The translations under genes were made by a program, and so were the position numbers. This document shows, one piece after another, positions 28,096-37,174 of a stretch of DNA of 64,000 nt. Under the pieces are notes generated by a model, which saw only the letters and a list, made by a program, of their open reading frames with translations, did not search any database and was not told where the DNA came from. The stretch's first letter is position 1. Each line of letters begins with the position of its first letter. Source of the stretch: Actinomycetota bacterium (GTDB lineage Bacteria; Actinomycetota; Actinomycetes; Actinomycetales; Microbacteriaceae); contig JAZBLS010000001.1 in NCBI GenBank assembly GCA_037033365.1, positions 18,937 through 82,936 of the forward strand, in the 5' to 3' direction.

Positions 28096-29439
28096 ATGTC
28101 CCCGTCACCTACGCATCGCCCGAGGCGTATCGTCACAGCCCTCGCGTTCGCCAGCATCGCCGCCATCGCCCTTGCCGGGTGTTCGACAGGAAGCGCCGGA
28201 GGAAGCGGCGGGAGCGACTCCGACCTGGACGCCGCGCTCGAGAAGGGCGGTGAGCTCACCTACTGGACGTGGACTCCATCCGGAGAGGCGCAGGCCGACG
28301 CGTTCATGAAGGAGTACCCGAACGTGAAGGTCAAGGTCGTCAACGCGGGGACTGCGACGGATGAGTACACCAAACTCCAGAACGCGATCAGCGCCGGATC
28401 CGGCGCACCGGACGTCGCTCAGATCGAGTACTACGCCCTTCAGCAGTTCGCCCTCTCCGACAGCCTGCTCGACCTCAGCCCGTACGGTTTCGAGGACCTG
28501 AAGGAGGACTACACAGCCTCGACGTGGGGTGCGGTCAACCTCAACGAGGGCATCTACGGGCTGCCGCAGGACTCGGGCCCCATGGTCTTGCTGTACAACC
28601 AGGAGATCTTCGACGAGTTCGGACTCGAGGTCCCCACGACGTGGGACGAGTACATCGCCGCCGCTAAGAAGCTGCACGAGGCTGACCCCACGAAGTACAT
28701 CACCAACGATGCCGGCGATCCCGGCTATGCGCAGCCGCTGATCTGGCAGGCGGGCGGTCGTCCGTTCCAGACCGACGGCACGAACGTGACCATCGATCTT
28801 CAGGATGAGGGAACGAAGCTCTGGGCGGACACCTGGAACCAGCTGCTCGAACCGGACCTCCTCGCCCCGATCGGCACTTGGACCGACGACTGGTGGAAGG
28901 GCCTCGGCAACGGCAGCATCGCCACGATCGTCACGGGTGCCTGGATGCCCGGCATCCTCGAGGGATCCCTCCCGGAGGGCGCGGGCCAGTGGCGGGTCGC
29001 CCCGCTGCCCAGCTACGACGGGTCCCCGGTCACGGCGGAGAACGGCGGAAGCGCTCAGTCGGTGATCAAGCAGACCAAGAACCCCGCGCTCGCCGCCGCG
29101 TTCCTGAAGTGGCTGAACAACTCGGACAGCAGCATCGACGTCTTCCTCGGCGAAGGGGGCTTCCCCTCTACCACCGCTCAGCTCAACGACGACGAGTTCC
29201 TGAGCGCGGCGCCGGAGTACTTCGGTGGACAGGAGATCAACAAGGTACTGGTCGACGCCTCGGAGAACGTCGCCGAGGGGTGGCAGTACCTGCCGTTCCA
29301 GGTCTACGCGAACAGCGTCTTCGCTGACACCGTCGGCCAGTCCTATGTAGCGAAGAGCGACATCACACCAGGGCTCGATGCCTGGCAGCAGAACCTCGTC
29401 GAGTACGGCGACTCCCAGGGCTTCACTGTCAACAAGTGA
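28096..29439 (+). CDS. Carbohydrate ABC transporter substrate-binding lipoprotein
   Basis: Lipobox LAGC, GAPDVAQIEY, GLPQDSGPM, ENGGS. Confidence 0.9.
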   Translation: MSPSPTHRPRRIVTALAFASIAAIALAGCSTGSAGGSGGSDSDLDAALEKGGELTYWTWTPSGEAQADAFMKEYPNVKVKVVNAGTATDEYTKLQNAISAGSGAPDVAQIEYYALQQFALSDSLLDLSPYGFEDLKEDYTASTWGAVNLNEGIYGLPQDSGPMVLLYNQEIFDEFGLEVPTTWDEYIAAAKKLHEADPTKYITNDAGDPGYAQPLIWQAGGRPFQTDGTNVTIDLQDEGTKLWADTWNQLLEPDLLAPIGTWTDDWWKGLGNGSIATIVTGAWMPGILEGSLPEGAGQWRVAPLPSYDGSPVTAENGGSAQSVIKQTKNPALAAAFLKWLNNSDSSIDVFLGEGGFPSTTAQLNDDEFLSAAPEYFGGQEINKVLVDASENVAEGWQYLPFQVYANSVFADTVGQSYVAKSDITPGLDAWQQNLVEYGDSQGFTVNK

Positions 29440-29444
29440 CCCCG

Positions 29445-29477
29445 CGGCGGGGGCGAGCTGTCAGCCCGCCCCCGCCG
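29445..29477 (+). terminator. Hairpin after SBP gene
   Basis: CGGCGGGGGCG / CGCCCCCGCCG 11-bp stem. Confidence 0.6.
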
Positions 29478-29539
29478 GATCCCCACCACTCCTGTACCAC
29501 CACCACTCCTCACCACCACACCCCTGAAGGAGGGGCTCC

Positions 29540-32257
29540 ATGCTGTCTTCAAAGAGGAAGAACAAGCTGCTGGCACGCACACTCGGCGTCGCGGCGGCCA
29601 CGACGATGCTGGTCGCCGGATCCGTCGTCAGCGCCCAGGCGTACGATCCGTCCCCCGATGTGCTGTATGAACTCGGTTCGCAGGCGTGCCTGAAGGGCAC
29701 AGGCAATTGCGTGATCTATCCGAAGTCGACGCAGTTGCCCAGCGGGCGCCTGCTCGTCGCGTTCGAGAAGTCCACGATCGGCGCCTCCGGCACTGCCGAC
29801 GGGCAGACCGTCCCCGTCATGAAGAGTGATGATTACGGACTGACCTGGCAGCCGCTCGCCGATGTGGCCGCCCCCGCTCACGTCAGCGATGACCCGGCAG
29901 TGGCGCCGTACATCAGCAACTGGACGAACCCGTATCTGTACGTGCTGCCGGAGGATGTCGGGGAGCTCCGGGCCGGGACGGTTCTGCTCGCCACCGTCGT
30001 ATCGGGCGAGGACGAGTACTTCGTGGAGCGCAAGGCGGCGGATCCGAACTGGATCCCCAGCAACGACGGCGATCGTCGCGATCTCGCTCTCGCTCTGTAC
30101 TCGAGCACGGATGACGGTGCGACCTGGAGCTTCGAGAACATCATCGCGAAGGGCGGGTGGCAGGGAGGCAGTGCGGGCAACATCGGCAAGGCGATCGCCT
30201 CGGCCAACACCCATGCGCAAGTAGATCCCCTCTGGGAACCGCATCTCGACGTGCACGACGGCGAGTTGGTCGCGTACTTCTCCGACGAGAACGACTACAC
30301 GGGCTTCGATCAGCAGACCGGCGCCCCCGTTCTCGATCCTGAGAACGACACTGCGGAGGACGCTCACAATCAGATCCTCGTGCACCGCACCTGGAACGGT
30401 GTGTCCGAGGCGTGGAGTGAGAGCGTCGTGGACATCGCCGGGCTGAAGAGTGACATGGGCGGTGGCAAGAGCATCATCGGCGGTGGTCGCCCCGGGATGA
30501 CGACGATCGCCAAGACCACCGATGACAAGTGGCTCATGACCTTCGAGTACTTCGGCGGGGGATCCAACGTGCGCTACAAGATCAGCGACGACCCGCTGGA
30601 CTTCCATTCCGACGGCGATGCGGAAGGGCTGGAGATCACTCAGCTCCCCGCCGCCTCCGGGTCTCGGTCGCTCGCTCGAGGTGGAAGTCCTGTCGTGACA
30701 ACCCTGCCCGATGGGCGTATCGCTTACAACGCAGCGGGGAGCGGGAACGTCTGGATCAACCAGAGCGGTCGCAGCGACGGGGCCTGGACCGAGCTGCAGA
30801 CCACGGTCGGTTCCGGATACAGCCGCACGATGCAGTACGTCGAGGGCACCGGGCGCATGATCCTCTTCCAGGGGGCATGGGGCGGGGCGAGTGCGGGGTC
30901 GGTCGTCCGGCACGCGGAGGTGGACTTCGGGCAGAGCGACGGGGCGTACTACCAGCTCGTGAACAAGGGCACCGGTCAGGTCCTCGGAACCGGGGGGCGT
31001 CAGAACGACGCCAACATCGGGAACAGCGACCGTCCCGACGTGCGCACAGAAGCCGCGAAAGCCGGGGACGCCACTCAGCAATGGCACCTCGCCGTCAAAA
31101 CCGACGGCAACGTGACTCTGCTCAACCGCTCCGGAGGTCGCGCCGCAGCGATCTGGACCGGGAACGCCACGGTCGGCCAGCGCCTCGGGCAGTGGGTGGA
31201 CGAAGGATCCACGGGACTGTGGAAGGTCATCGAGCAGGCGGACGCCACCGTGCGGTTCCAGTCGGTGAAGAACCCGGCGGTGTACCTCACGGCCACAGCG
31301 GACGGCACTGTATCCCTGCAGAATGCCCGCAACGACGGCTCGCAGGACTGGCGACGCGCCATCGACGCACCGACGAGCGCCACCCTCACGCCCGACCAGC
31401 GGAGCGCGGCGCTCGTCGGCCTCGACGGGGTGGAGGCCGGCTCATCCGTGACGCTGAACGCCACGTCTCGGACGCCTGCGGGAGTCGAGCGCAACGCGGG
31501 GGCCATCGGATCCGCGTTCCTCATCGTCGGAGACGGCGCCCCTCAGGACCTCGGGAAGGTCTCGTTCGACGCCGCGGCCACCGCCTCCGTCACCCTGCCG
31601 GGGGGTCTGGACGCCGGTGCCCGCGTGCGGATCGCCGTGCTGTTTGATGGCGCGCCGACACTGTGGGATGAAGCGACGGTGACAGCTCCCGCCGTCGACA
31701 CCACCCGGCCGGTGACGACCCTCGTGTCGCCCACCGCGTCCGGTCCCTTCCAGACCCTCAGCGTGTCGGTGTCAGCGACAGACGAGGGAGGGCTCCGGCG
31801 GATCGTGGCGAACATCTATCGCGACGGCGCACTGGTCAAGAGCACGCAGAGCGCAGCGGGCGGGGCGACGAGTGCCACTCACAACGCGACCGTGACGCTG
31901 CCCGACGGGGACTACGTCGTGAAGTACAACGCCCAGGATCTTGCGGGCAACATCTCGCAGACGCGGACGGCTGCGGTGACGATCGACGCGACGAAGCCCG
32001 CTGCAACCGTCAAGGAGGGTGCAGCGTTCACCGTCGGCGGGCCGACCGCATACGACAAGGTCAGCTTCAAGCTCCATGACGCGGGGAAGATCGACAAAGC
32101 CGTCATCAACGGAGTGGTGAAGGATCTGACCGACAACGCGTGGTCGGATCTGAACAACCTCGCTCCCGGCGTCTTCGGTGCCGTGCGAGGCCAGAACACC
32201 CTCGTCGTCTACGACGTCGCCGGGAACAGCAGCACGCAGGTGTTCACCCTGCGTTGA
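29540..32257 (+). CDS. Secreted modular glycosidase: GH93-like/sialidase-fold beta-propeller + ricin-type lectin + Ig-like domains
   Basis: Signal peptide ending AQA; SDDYGLTW and STDDGATW Asp-boxes; PYLYVLPE..G...AGTVLL, WEPHL, RPGM, FEY as in GH93; YYQLVN..TG and QQW ricin repeats. Confidence 0.75.
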   Translation: MLSSKRKNKLLARTLGVAAATTMLVAGSVVSAQAYDPSPDVLYELGSQACLKGTGNCVIYPKSTQLPSGRLLVAFEKSTIGASGTADGQTVPVMKSDDYGLTWQPLADVAAPAHVSDDPAVAPYISNWTNPYLYVLPEDVGELRAGTVLLATVVSGEDEYFVERKAADPNWIPSNDGDRRDLALALYSSTDDGATWSFENIIAKGGWQGGSAGNIGKAIASANTHAQVDPLWEPHLDVHDGELVAYFSDENDYTGFDQQTGAPVLDPENDTAEDAHNQILVHRTWNGVSEAWSESVVDIAGLKSDMGGGKSIIGGGRPGMTTIAKTTDDKWLMTFEYFGGGSNVRYKISDDPLDFHSDGDAEGLEITQLPAASGSRSLARGGSPVVTTLPDGRIAYNAAGSGNVWINQSGRSDGAWTELQTTVGSGYSRTMQYVEGTGRMILFQGAWGGASAGSVVRHAEVDFGQSDGAYYQLVNKGTGQVLGTGGRQNDANIGNSDRPDVRTEAAKAGDATQQWHLAVKTDGNVTLLNRSGGRAAAIWTGNATVGQRLGQWVDEGSTGLWKVIEQADATVRFQSVKNPAVYLTATADGTVSLQNARNDGSQDWRRAIDAPTSATLTPDQRSAALVGLDGVEAGSSVTLNATSRTPAGVERNAGAIGSAFLIVGDGAPQDLGKVSFDAAATASVTLPGGLDAGARVRIAVLFDGAPTLWDEATVTAPAVDTTRPVTTLVSPTASGPFQTLSVSVSATDEGGLRRIVANIYRDGALVKSTQSAAGGATSATHNATVTLPDGDYVVKYNAQDLAGNISQTRTAAVTIDATKPAATVKEGAAFTVGGPTAYDKVSFKLHDAGKIDKAVINGVVKDLTDNAWSDLNNLAPGVFGAVRGQNTLVVYDVAGNSSTQVFTLR

Positions 32258-32262
32258 TACGC

Positions 32263-32294
32263 ATTCGGGCAGGTGCCCGCGCCCCTGCCCGAAT
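32263..32294 (+). terminator. Hairpin terminator ending the arabinan/galactan locus
   Basis: ATTCGGGCAGG / CCTGCCCGAAT 11-bp stem. Confidence 0.65.
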
Positions 32295-32793
32295 CCGGAT
32301 CAAAGGGACGAGAGGCTGGCCGACGGTCGGCAGGTCCGCACTGCCTCCGGCCGCGCCGATGGCGCTGGTGATCTGCTTGTGTAGCGAAGCCGTCAGAGCC
32401 CCTGCGGTGACGCTGGAGCAGCTCCACGAGAGGGCTTGGAGCAACTCCAGGCTGCGATGTGGGTCGAGGAGAGAGAAAAGCGCAGAACTCTCGCCGTGCG
32501 TGACACCCTTCGGATAGTCCGGATAAGTGTTCTTATCGTGCCCAACGGGCCAGACGTTGAAGTGAGATGGGGCTGAGTTGGTGATCGGTGTTTGAGCAGT
32601 GCTCGAGCGGGATCGCAGGGGTTCCGGCGTCTGCAAAGTAGTGAGCCTGTCCGGTGACCTCGTCGCCGGTGGGCGGTGTCTCACGCTCCGGCGATCTGTC
32701 CCCCGAACGGTCTACAGACGAGTTTGAGGTGGGTACGTAGCGTGGAAGACGGTGGAGCGTCCACCATGAGATAAGACGCGAAGGAGCATCATC

Positions 32794-33468
32794 TTGAAAC
32801 TGAGGTCCGCCGTCATCGGCGTCGTTTCAGCTCTCACCCTGGCGTTGATCGCCTCGCCGGCACACGCATCCGAACCGGAGGTGGTCGCGAATCCCGCGGT
32901 CGCGGTGCAGGCTCCGTCCGGTGGCGAGGTCGCCCCGGACGGATACGAGATCACCGCTGAGGATGAGGCACAGCTGACGGCACTGGTCGCAGGGACAGAC
33001 GGGGACGCGCAGGTCTTCGACGCCGACGCTGCCCGTGATGCCGGTGCGTCGGAGCAAAGCGTCAGTGACTACGCCGCGGTGCTGGTCGGCGCTGGCTGGA
33101 CGATCTCGGGTCAGGCGCCGACTCCGAACCAGGCCTCGGACGCCGAGCTCAACCGAGCGGGAGCAGCGGTCGCTGCGTGCAAGGGCCAAGACGGATACAC
33201 CGGGTTCCACGGGATCTTCTGGCAGTGGGCGCTGAACTCCTGCAATACCGACGTGCTCATCACGCTCGCCGGCGCGGGCCCCGCATCGGTCACTGCCATC
33301 GGAGGCATGCTCGCCGCCGCCGGAGTTCCGCCAGGGGCGATCATCGCTGCGTCCGGAGCGATCATGGCGCTTGGGCTTATCCCGCTTATCGCGTGCAAGA
33401 ACGCGAGTGCAAACAACGCCATCTACGTCAACATCTTCCCCACCGGGGCCGGATGCTGGGGGCAGTGA
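32794..33468 (+). CDS. Secreted hypothetical protein, bacteriocin-precursor-like (signal peptide, acidic pro-region, 4-Cys hydrophobic C-domain)
   Basis: AAGGAG RBS, TTG start, signal ending AHA, Gly/Ala-rich hydrophobic helices, ends CWGQ; function inferred. Confidence 0.7.
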   Translation: MKLRSAVIGVVSALTLALIASPAHASEPEVVANPAVAVQAPSGGEVAPDGYEITAEDEAQLTALVAGTDGDAQVFDADAARDAGASEQSVSDYAAVLVGAGWTISGQAPTPNQASDAELNRAGAAVAACKGQDGYTGFHGIFWQWALNSCNTDVLITLAGAGPASVTAIGGMLAAAGVPPGAIIAASGAIMALGLIPLIACKNASANNAIYVNIFPTGAGCWGQ

Positions 33469-33470
33469 GC

Positions 33471-33701
33471 ATGTCACTTCGCGTGAACCTCGAGACGCCC
33501 GCTACCAGAGCACCCACGATTGCAGTACTGATCAGCTGCGCTCTGGCGATTGCTCTCGTCGTGACTCTGCTGATCTCGCTGCCCGCGATATCCGTTGGTG
33601 CAGCCGGTGACCTCTTGGGGTGGCTGCTGCCTCTCCTGGTTGCCGCGATCGTCGCTATCGTCATCTCCTCGGTGATCCTCACACGGAGAGCGAACCACTA
33701 A
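33471..33701 (+). CDS. Small two-TM membrane protein (candidate immunity protein)
   Basis: ATG 2 bp after upstream stop; 76 aa with two long hydrophobic stretches and basic C-tail. Confidence 0.65.
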   Translation: MSLRVNLETPATRAPTIAVLISCALAIALVVTLLISLPAISVGAAGDLLGWLLPLLVAAIVAIVISSVILTRRANH

Positions 33702-33719
33702 ACGCGCAGACGCGTGGTC

Positions 33720-33758
33720 GAACAGCCGTTCAGGGCGGATAGCTCTGGGCGGCTGTTC
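33720..33758. terminator. Hairpin terminator between convergent genes
   Basis: GAACAGCCGTTCAG / CTGGGCGGCTGTTC stem with two G-U pairs. Confidence 0.65.
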
Positions 33759-33855
33759 GCTGCTCGGATGGTCAGCGGGGTGATGCTAGGGCTGAACGCC
33801 GGTGACCCCGCGGGCAGGGCGTCTACTTCGTCGTAGGCACCGGCTCCTCGAGGGG

Positions 33856-33996
33856 TCAGGTGATCTCGCCAGCCTTCAGTGCGCGCTTGATCTCCTTCAG
33901 CGATCGCCAGGGGCGACCCTTCAGCTGGTCGTCCTGCAAGATGGCCATCGCTCGGATGTGCCGGGCGGTCTTCTTGTCGATCGTGGGCTCGCTCAT
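33856..33996 (-). CDS. Small hypothetical protein (46 aa)
   Basis: MSEPTIDKKTARHIRAMAILQDD...; protein-like composition, co-oriented downstream of PIN gene. Confidence 0.45.
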   Translation of the reverse strand: MSEPTIDKKTARHIRAMAILQDDQLKGRPWRSLKEIKRALKAGEIT

Positions 33997-34072
33997 GGGT
34001 ATGGTCTCTCTGGGTACGCGAAGAGCCGCCCAGCGCGATGCGCGCGGACGGCTCTTTCGGGATGGTGGTGGG

Positions 34073-34789
34073 CTAGAGCTGGCGGTCGTCGCTCTGAGGT
34101 TCGTCGGAGTCACCGAATCCGAAGCGGTCGACGGTGACGCCCCGCAGCTCGGGGAAGCGGTCCAGGCGTGTGGTCGCGCGGGACTCCGCAGCGGGACGCG
34201 GGGTGGCTGAGGGCGGTGTAGTCGATGAAGGTGTCGGAGCAGGAGCGCGCTGAGGCATCGGCGCGACGACGGGCGCCGCGGTGGATGAGCGCATCATGTG
34301 CGAGACGAACTGGCGCGGCTTGACGATGAGGCGGCCGTTCCACGCCGGGCCGAGGTCGGTCAGATGGTGATCCGAGGAGACGATGACGTCGGCGTCGACG
34401 GCGGGGTCTTTCGCGAGGGCGAGGATGTGGTTGTCCTCGTGGTCTCCGATGCCGTGGTCGCGGACGATCGGGTCGACGATCCCGCCGCCGGTGAGCTGAC
34501 AGGTCTCGACGATGAACTCGAGGAACTTCTGCCGGGTCTGATCGCTCTGGCCGTTCTCGTGCATGACCCGATTCACGTTCCGGAGAATGTGCGGGGACGC
34601 GAAGAGCGCGTAGCGATCGTCGAACGCGAGAGCGAGCGTGTCGGCAGCCGGCGAAGGGGAGGGGATGTCCGCCTCGGTGGGAAGCAGGATGCGACCCTCG
34701 GCGCGACCGATGTAGTCGAGGTAGACGTTGACGTCGAGGACGACGGGGATCTTGCGGGGTCCCGCTGCTGTGCGGGTGCTGTCGCTCAC
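34073..34789 (-). CDS. PIN-domain protein (putative toxin, PIN_3-like) with Pro/Ala-rich C-terminal extension
   Basis: VVLDVNVYLD, DHEDNHILALA, IVSSDHHL acidic PIN catalytic motifs. Confidence 0.8.
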   Translation of the reverse strand: MSDSTRTAAGPRKIPVVLDVNVYLDYIGRAEGRILLPTEADIPSPSPAADTLALAFDDRYALFASPHILRNVNRVMHENGQSDQTRQKFLEFIVETCQLTGGGIVDPIVRDHGIGDHEDNHILALAKDPAVDADVIVSSDHHLTDLGPAWNGRLIVKPRQFVSHMMRSSTAAPVVAPMPQRAPAPTPSSTTPPSATPRPAAESRATTRLDRFPELRGVTVDRFGFGDSDEPQSDDRQL

Positions 34790-35052
34790 GGCACCCGGAG
34801 GTCCTGGATGAGCGCGAGCGTCTCCTCGGTCGTGAAGACCTTGCCGCCACGCTCTGCGAGGGCTTCACCGTGGAGGGTCTCGACGCCGGCGCGGATGTCC
34901 TGGAGACGCTTCAGCCGCAGGCGCTCCTTGAACTCGGTCATGGCGACGCGCAGGAACTCGCTGCGGTTGCCGCCGCCGAACTCCGCGGAGAGCTCGTCGA
35001 GCAGGGGGACGTCGGCCTCTTCGAGGGCGAAGCTGATGGGTCGAGCGGCCAT
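34786..35052 (-). CDS. Ribbon-helix-helix (CopG-like) putative antitoxin
   Basis: ISFAL..DVPLLDELS....NRSEFLRVAM RHH pattern; 4-bp overlap with PIN gene. Confidence 0.75.
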   Translation of the reverse strand: MAARPISFALEEADVPLLDELSAEFGGGNRSEFLRVAMTEFKERLRLKRLQDIRAGVETLHGEALAERGGKVFTTEETLALIQDLRVP

Positions 35053-35204
35053 GGCGGGCCTCCTCACGCGTTAGTAATTGATTATTAAGGGTACTGCGCA
35101 CTTCACCCGAGGGCAATGGTGGAGCGCGATCAGGTGGGGTCTCCTACCAGCCGCCCGCGAGCGCCTCGGCGGGACGGTACTCGTAGCGTTCTTCTCCGCG
35201 TCCT

Positions 35205-35471
35205 TCACCGTGACGATGATCTTGTCCCGGACCACGATGACCGGGCGGGCCCAGGCCGCGGAGTGGGGGATTGGGGCAACATTCCGCTTTGCCCGCCCTG
35301 TGCAGCGTCGAGTCGCACCGAGTCGATCTCCGCCTTGAGCGCGGCATGGTCGTCGTTCCGAAACATCACGGTGATGTCCTCGCTCTTTCGGTAGACGCCC
35401 ACGACGGCACGCCATTGATTCTCGAGCACGATGAAGTCGTCGTCGAAGAGATCTTGGGCGCGCACGTTCAC
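35205..35471 (-). CDS. Small hypothetical protein, possibly frameshifted
   Basis: N-terminal about 55 aa look globular (beta-rich), the tail looks like read-through. Confidence 0.35.
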   Translation of the reverse strand: MNVRAQDLFDDDFIVLENQWRAVVGVYRKSEDITVMFRNDDHAALKAEIDSVRLDAAQGGQSGMLPQSPTPRPGPARSSWSGTRSSSR

Positions 35472-35563
35472 CGTGGTGATTGCCGGTCGGACGGCGCGAT
35501 GTCGGGTCGAGGTCTTGGGGTCTCGATTCGTTGGTAATGGACGAGGGGCCAGTGCCGGCGTCG

Positions 35564-35803
35564 CTATCGGCTGGCGCGCATGCGGGCGGTGCCTGGGGAG
35601 ACACCGAGAGCCTCGCCGACCTCATTCCAGGAGGGTCTGCTCTGCGGGGAGGTCATCAGCTGAGAGACACATTGGCCGATGAGCTCGTCGATGCCCTCTC
35701 GCGCCAGAGCGAGAGCACGAAGCTCGTGGAGGGCAGCAGGGTCTGTGGGTGAGATGCATCGCAGCTCAGCGATCGCAGTGCTCAGGGCGGCGGCGTCGTA
35801 CAC
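35564..35803 (-). CDS. Small HTH-containing protein
   Basis: SWNEVGEALGVSPGTARMR C-terminal HTH. Confidence 0.6.
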   Translation of the reverse strand: MYDAAALSTAIAELRCISPTDPAALHELRALALAREGIDELIGQCVSQLMTSPQSRPSWNEVGEALGVSPGTARMRASR

Positions 35804-35853
35804 GAGGGCTCCTTGATCGACGTGAGCGCACAGAATGTGCGCTTTAGAAGCGA

Positions 35854-36306
35854 TGTACCGTATTTGCTTCCCAAAACGGGTACACGGGTACGCAAGAGAA
35901 ACCGCAGTTCAGGGGACGGAAAAAGCGCGATGCACACGAGCGGTGCGTACCGTACTTGAGTACGCGAAAATTGAGATACGGTACGCAGGGATGGGCCTCT
36001 CCGCCTGTGTTTCCAAGGATCTAAGAGGGAAGAAGGGAGACTTGTACCCGATGTACCACCGATTTCGAGAAACTCCACACATGCGCGCATGCGCACGCAC
36101 ACGCATACAGTTCCTTCGAAAATCTGGTACATACGGTACGCGGTGGGTAAGGTCCCGGTGAGCGGGTAATTCGGATCGCGATGGCCTGGTACGCAAACGG
36201 GTACGCAATCCTCGCTGCGCGTGAAGCGAGGGAGCCAAAAAGCACTTCTTATCTGGCATTTTTATGGCTTCGGTCTGGCATGCGGTGCGTACCCGATCGG
36301 CGGTAC
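35854..36306. repeat. GTAC-rich iteron-like array A (origin-like)
   Basis: 15 GTAC in about 450 bp; TGTACC pair (36043, 36052) facing GGTAC pair (36126, 36135); several GGTACGC(A) copies in both orientations. Confidence 0.7.
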
Positions 36307-36538
36307 AAGTGTCTGACGTGTCGCCCGAAGACCGCTGTCGAGTAACGATCTGCTGGCGCGTCTCCCCTGCCACCCGGGGGTAGTGGGGTTGGTCTCGCCG
36401 ACGTCATAGTGCGGAGTCGGCGCTCCTGTCAGTACGCGCCGGACGAGGTCGGGATCTGAGGCGTCGGGGGTGATGGCCAGCAGCCACTGGCTATTCGTTC
36501 ATCGCAGGCGCCTGGTTGCCCTTGTCGGCCGTAGCCGC

Positions 36539-37174
36539 TTACTCGCCCTCGGAAGCCTCGCTCTCCTCGATCAAGTTGACCACGGGTGCTGCGTCCAGAC
36601 CGATGGCGAGCCACGTGTGCGGACTGATGGGCTCGCCGTGGATCGTGAGTCCTGCTTCGTGTGTAGCCATGAAGACATAGGTTCGCTGTGGCTCCCAGGC
36701 GGGCGGGATCGCGGCGACCACATCATGTAACCCTGGCAGGAGGCCAGTTCTTTCGTCGAACTGCCAGGTCGGATACCTGCGAAAGCGGCCGATCTTGAAG
36801 AAGTGCAGCTGTTTGTTCTGAGCGAGTCGTCTCACTTGTCGGAGTCCGACGTCCAAGAAGTATGCTGTTTCGTCGTCGCTAAATGAGTCGATGATGGCTT
36901 CAACTTGGGCGCGGTACTCTGGGCGCATTCTTCCGGCAGGATGAGCCGGACTCGCTTCGAAAAGAACGTCCGCACCTTTTTCGGAGATGAAGCCGGCGAT
37001 CGTAAGCACGAGCGACTTGACCAACTTCCAGTCGCGACCGTGCGCTGCCGCAGTGCCGATCAGACGCTCGAGAGCAGCCTTCGTTGATTCGACCTCAGTG
37101 GGTGTCTTGGAGCTGTCTTCGACGGGATTATCGCGCGTCGTCGGCGCGTCCACGGTTCCGTCAGTCGATGTCAT
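36539..37174 (-). CDS. Rv2175c/MbcA-Xre-like DNA-binding protein
   Basis: HTH-like ETAYFLDVGLRQVRRL, YPTWQF, C-terminal SPHTWLAIG..A.PVVNLI. Confidence 0.65.
   Translation of the reverse strand: MTSTDGTVDAPTTRDNPVEDSSKTPTEVESTKAALERLIGTAAAHGRDWKLVKSLVLTIAGFISEKGADVLFEASPAHPAGRMRPEYRAQVEAIIDSFSDDETAYFLDVGLRQVRRLAQNKQLHFFKIGRFRRYPTWQFDERTGLLPGLHDVVAAIPPAWEPQRTYVFMATHEAGLTIHGEPISPHTWLAIGLDAAPVVNLIEESEASEGE

Noticed and set aside
22465-32418. 12-bp direct repeat GTGACGCTGGAG at 22465-22476 and 32407-32418 bracketing the arabinan locus
   Set aside because: A single 12-mer match is expected by chance in 64 kb of GC-rich DNA, and no transposase or terminal inverted repeats support it
32300-32790. 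Left att site or IS end for the island
   Set aside because: No copy of the tRNA core, arm repeat or terminal inverted repeat found here; border remains undefined
35854-36306. CRISPR array
   Set aside because: Repeats are 5-8 bp, in both orientations, irregularly spaced; no 25-40 bp repeat-spacer units and no cas genes
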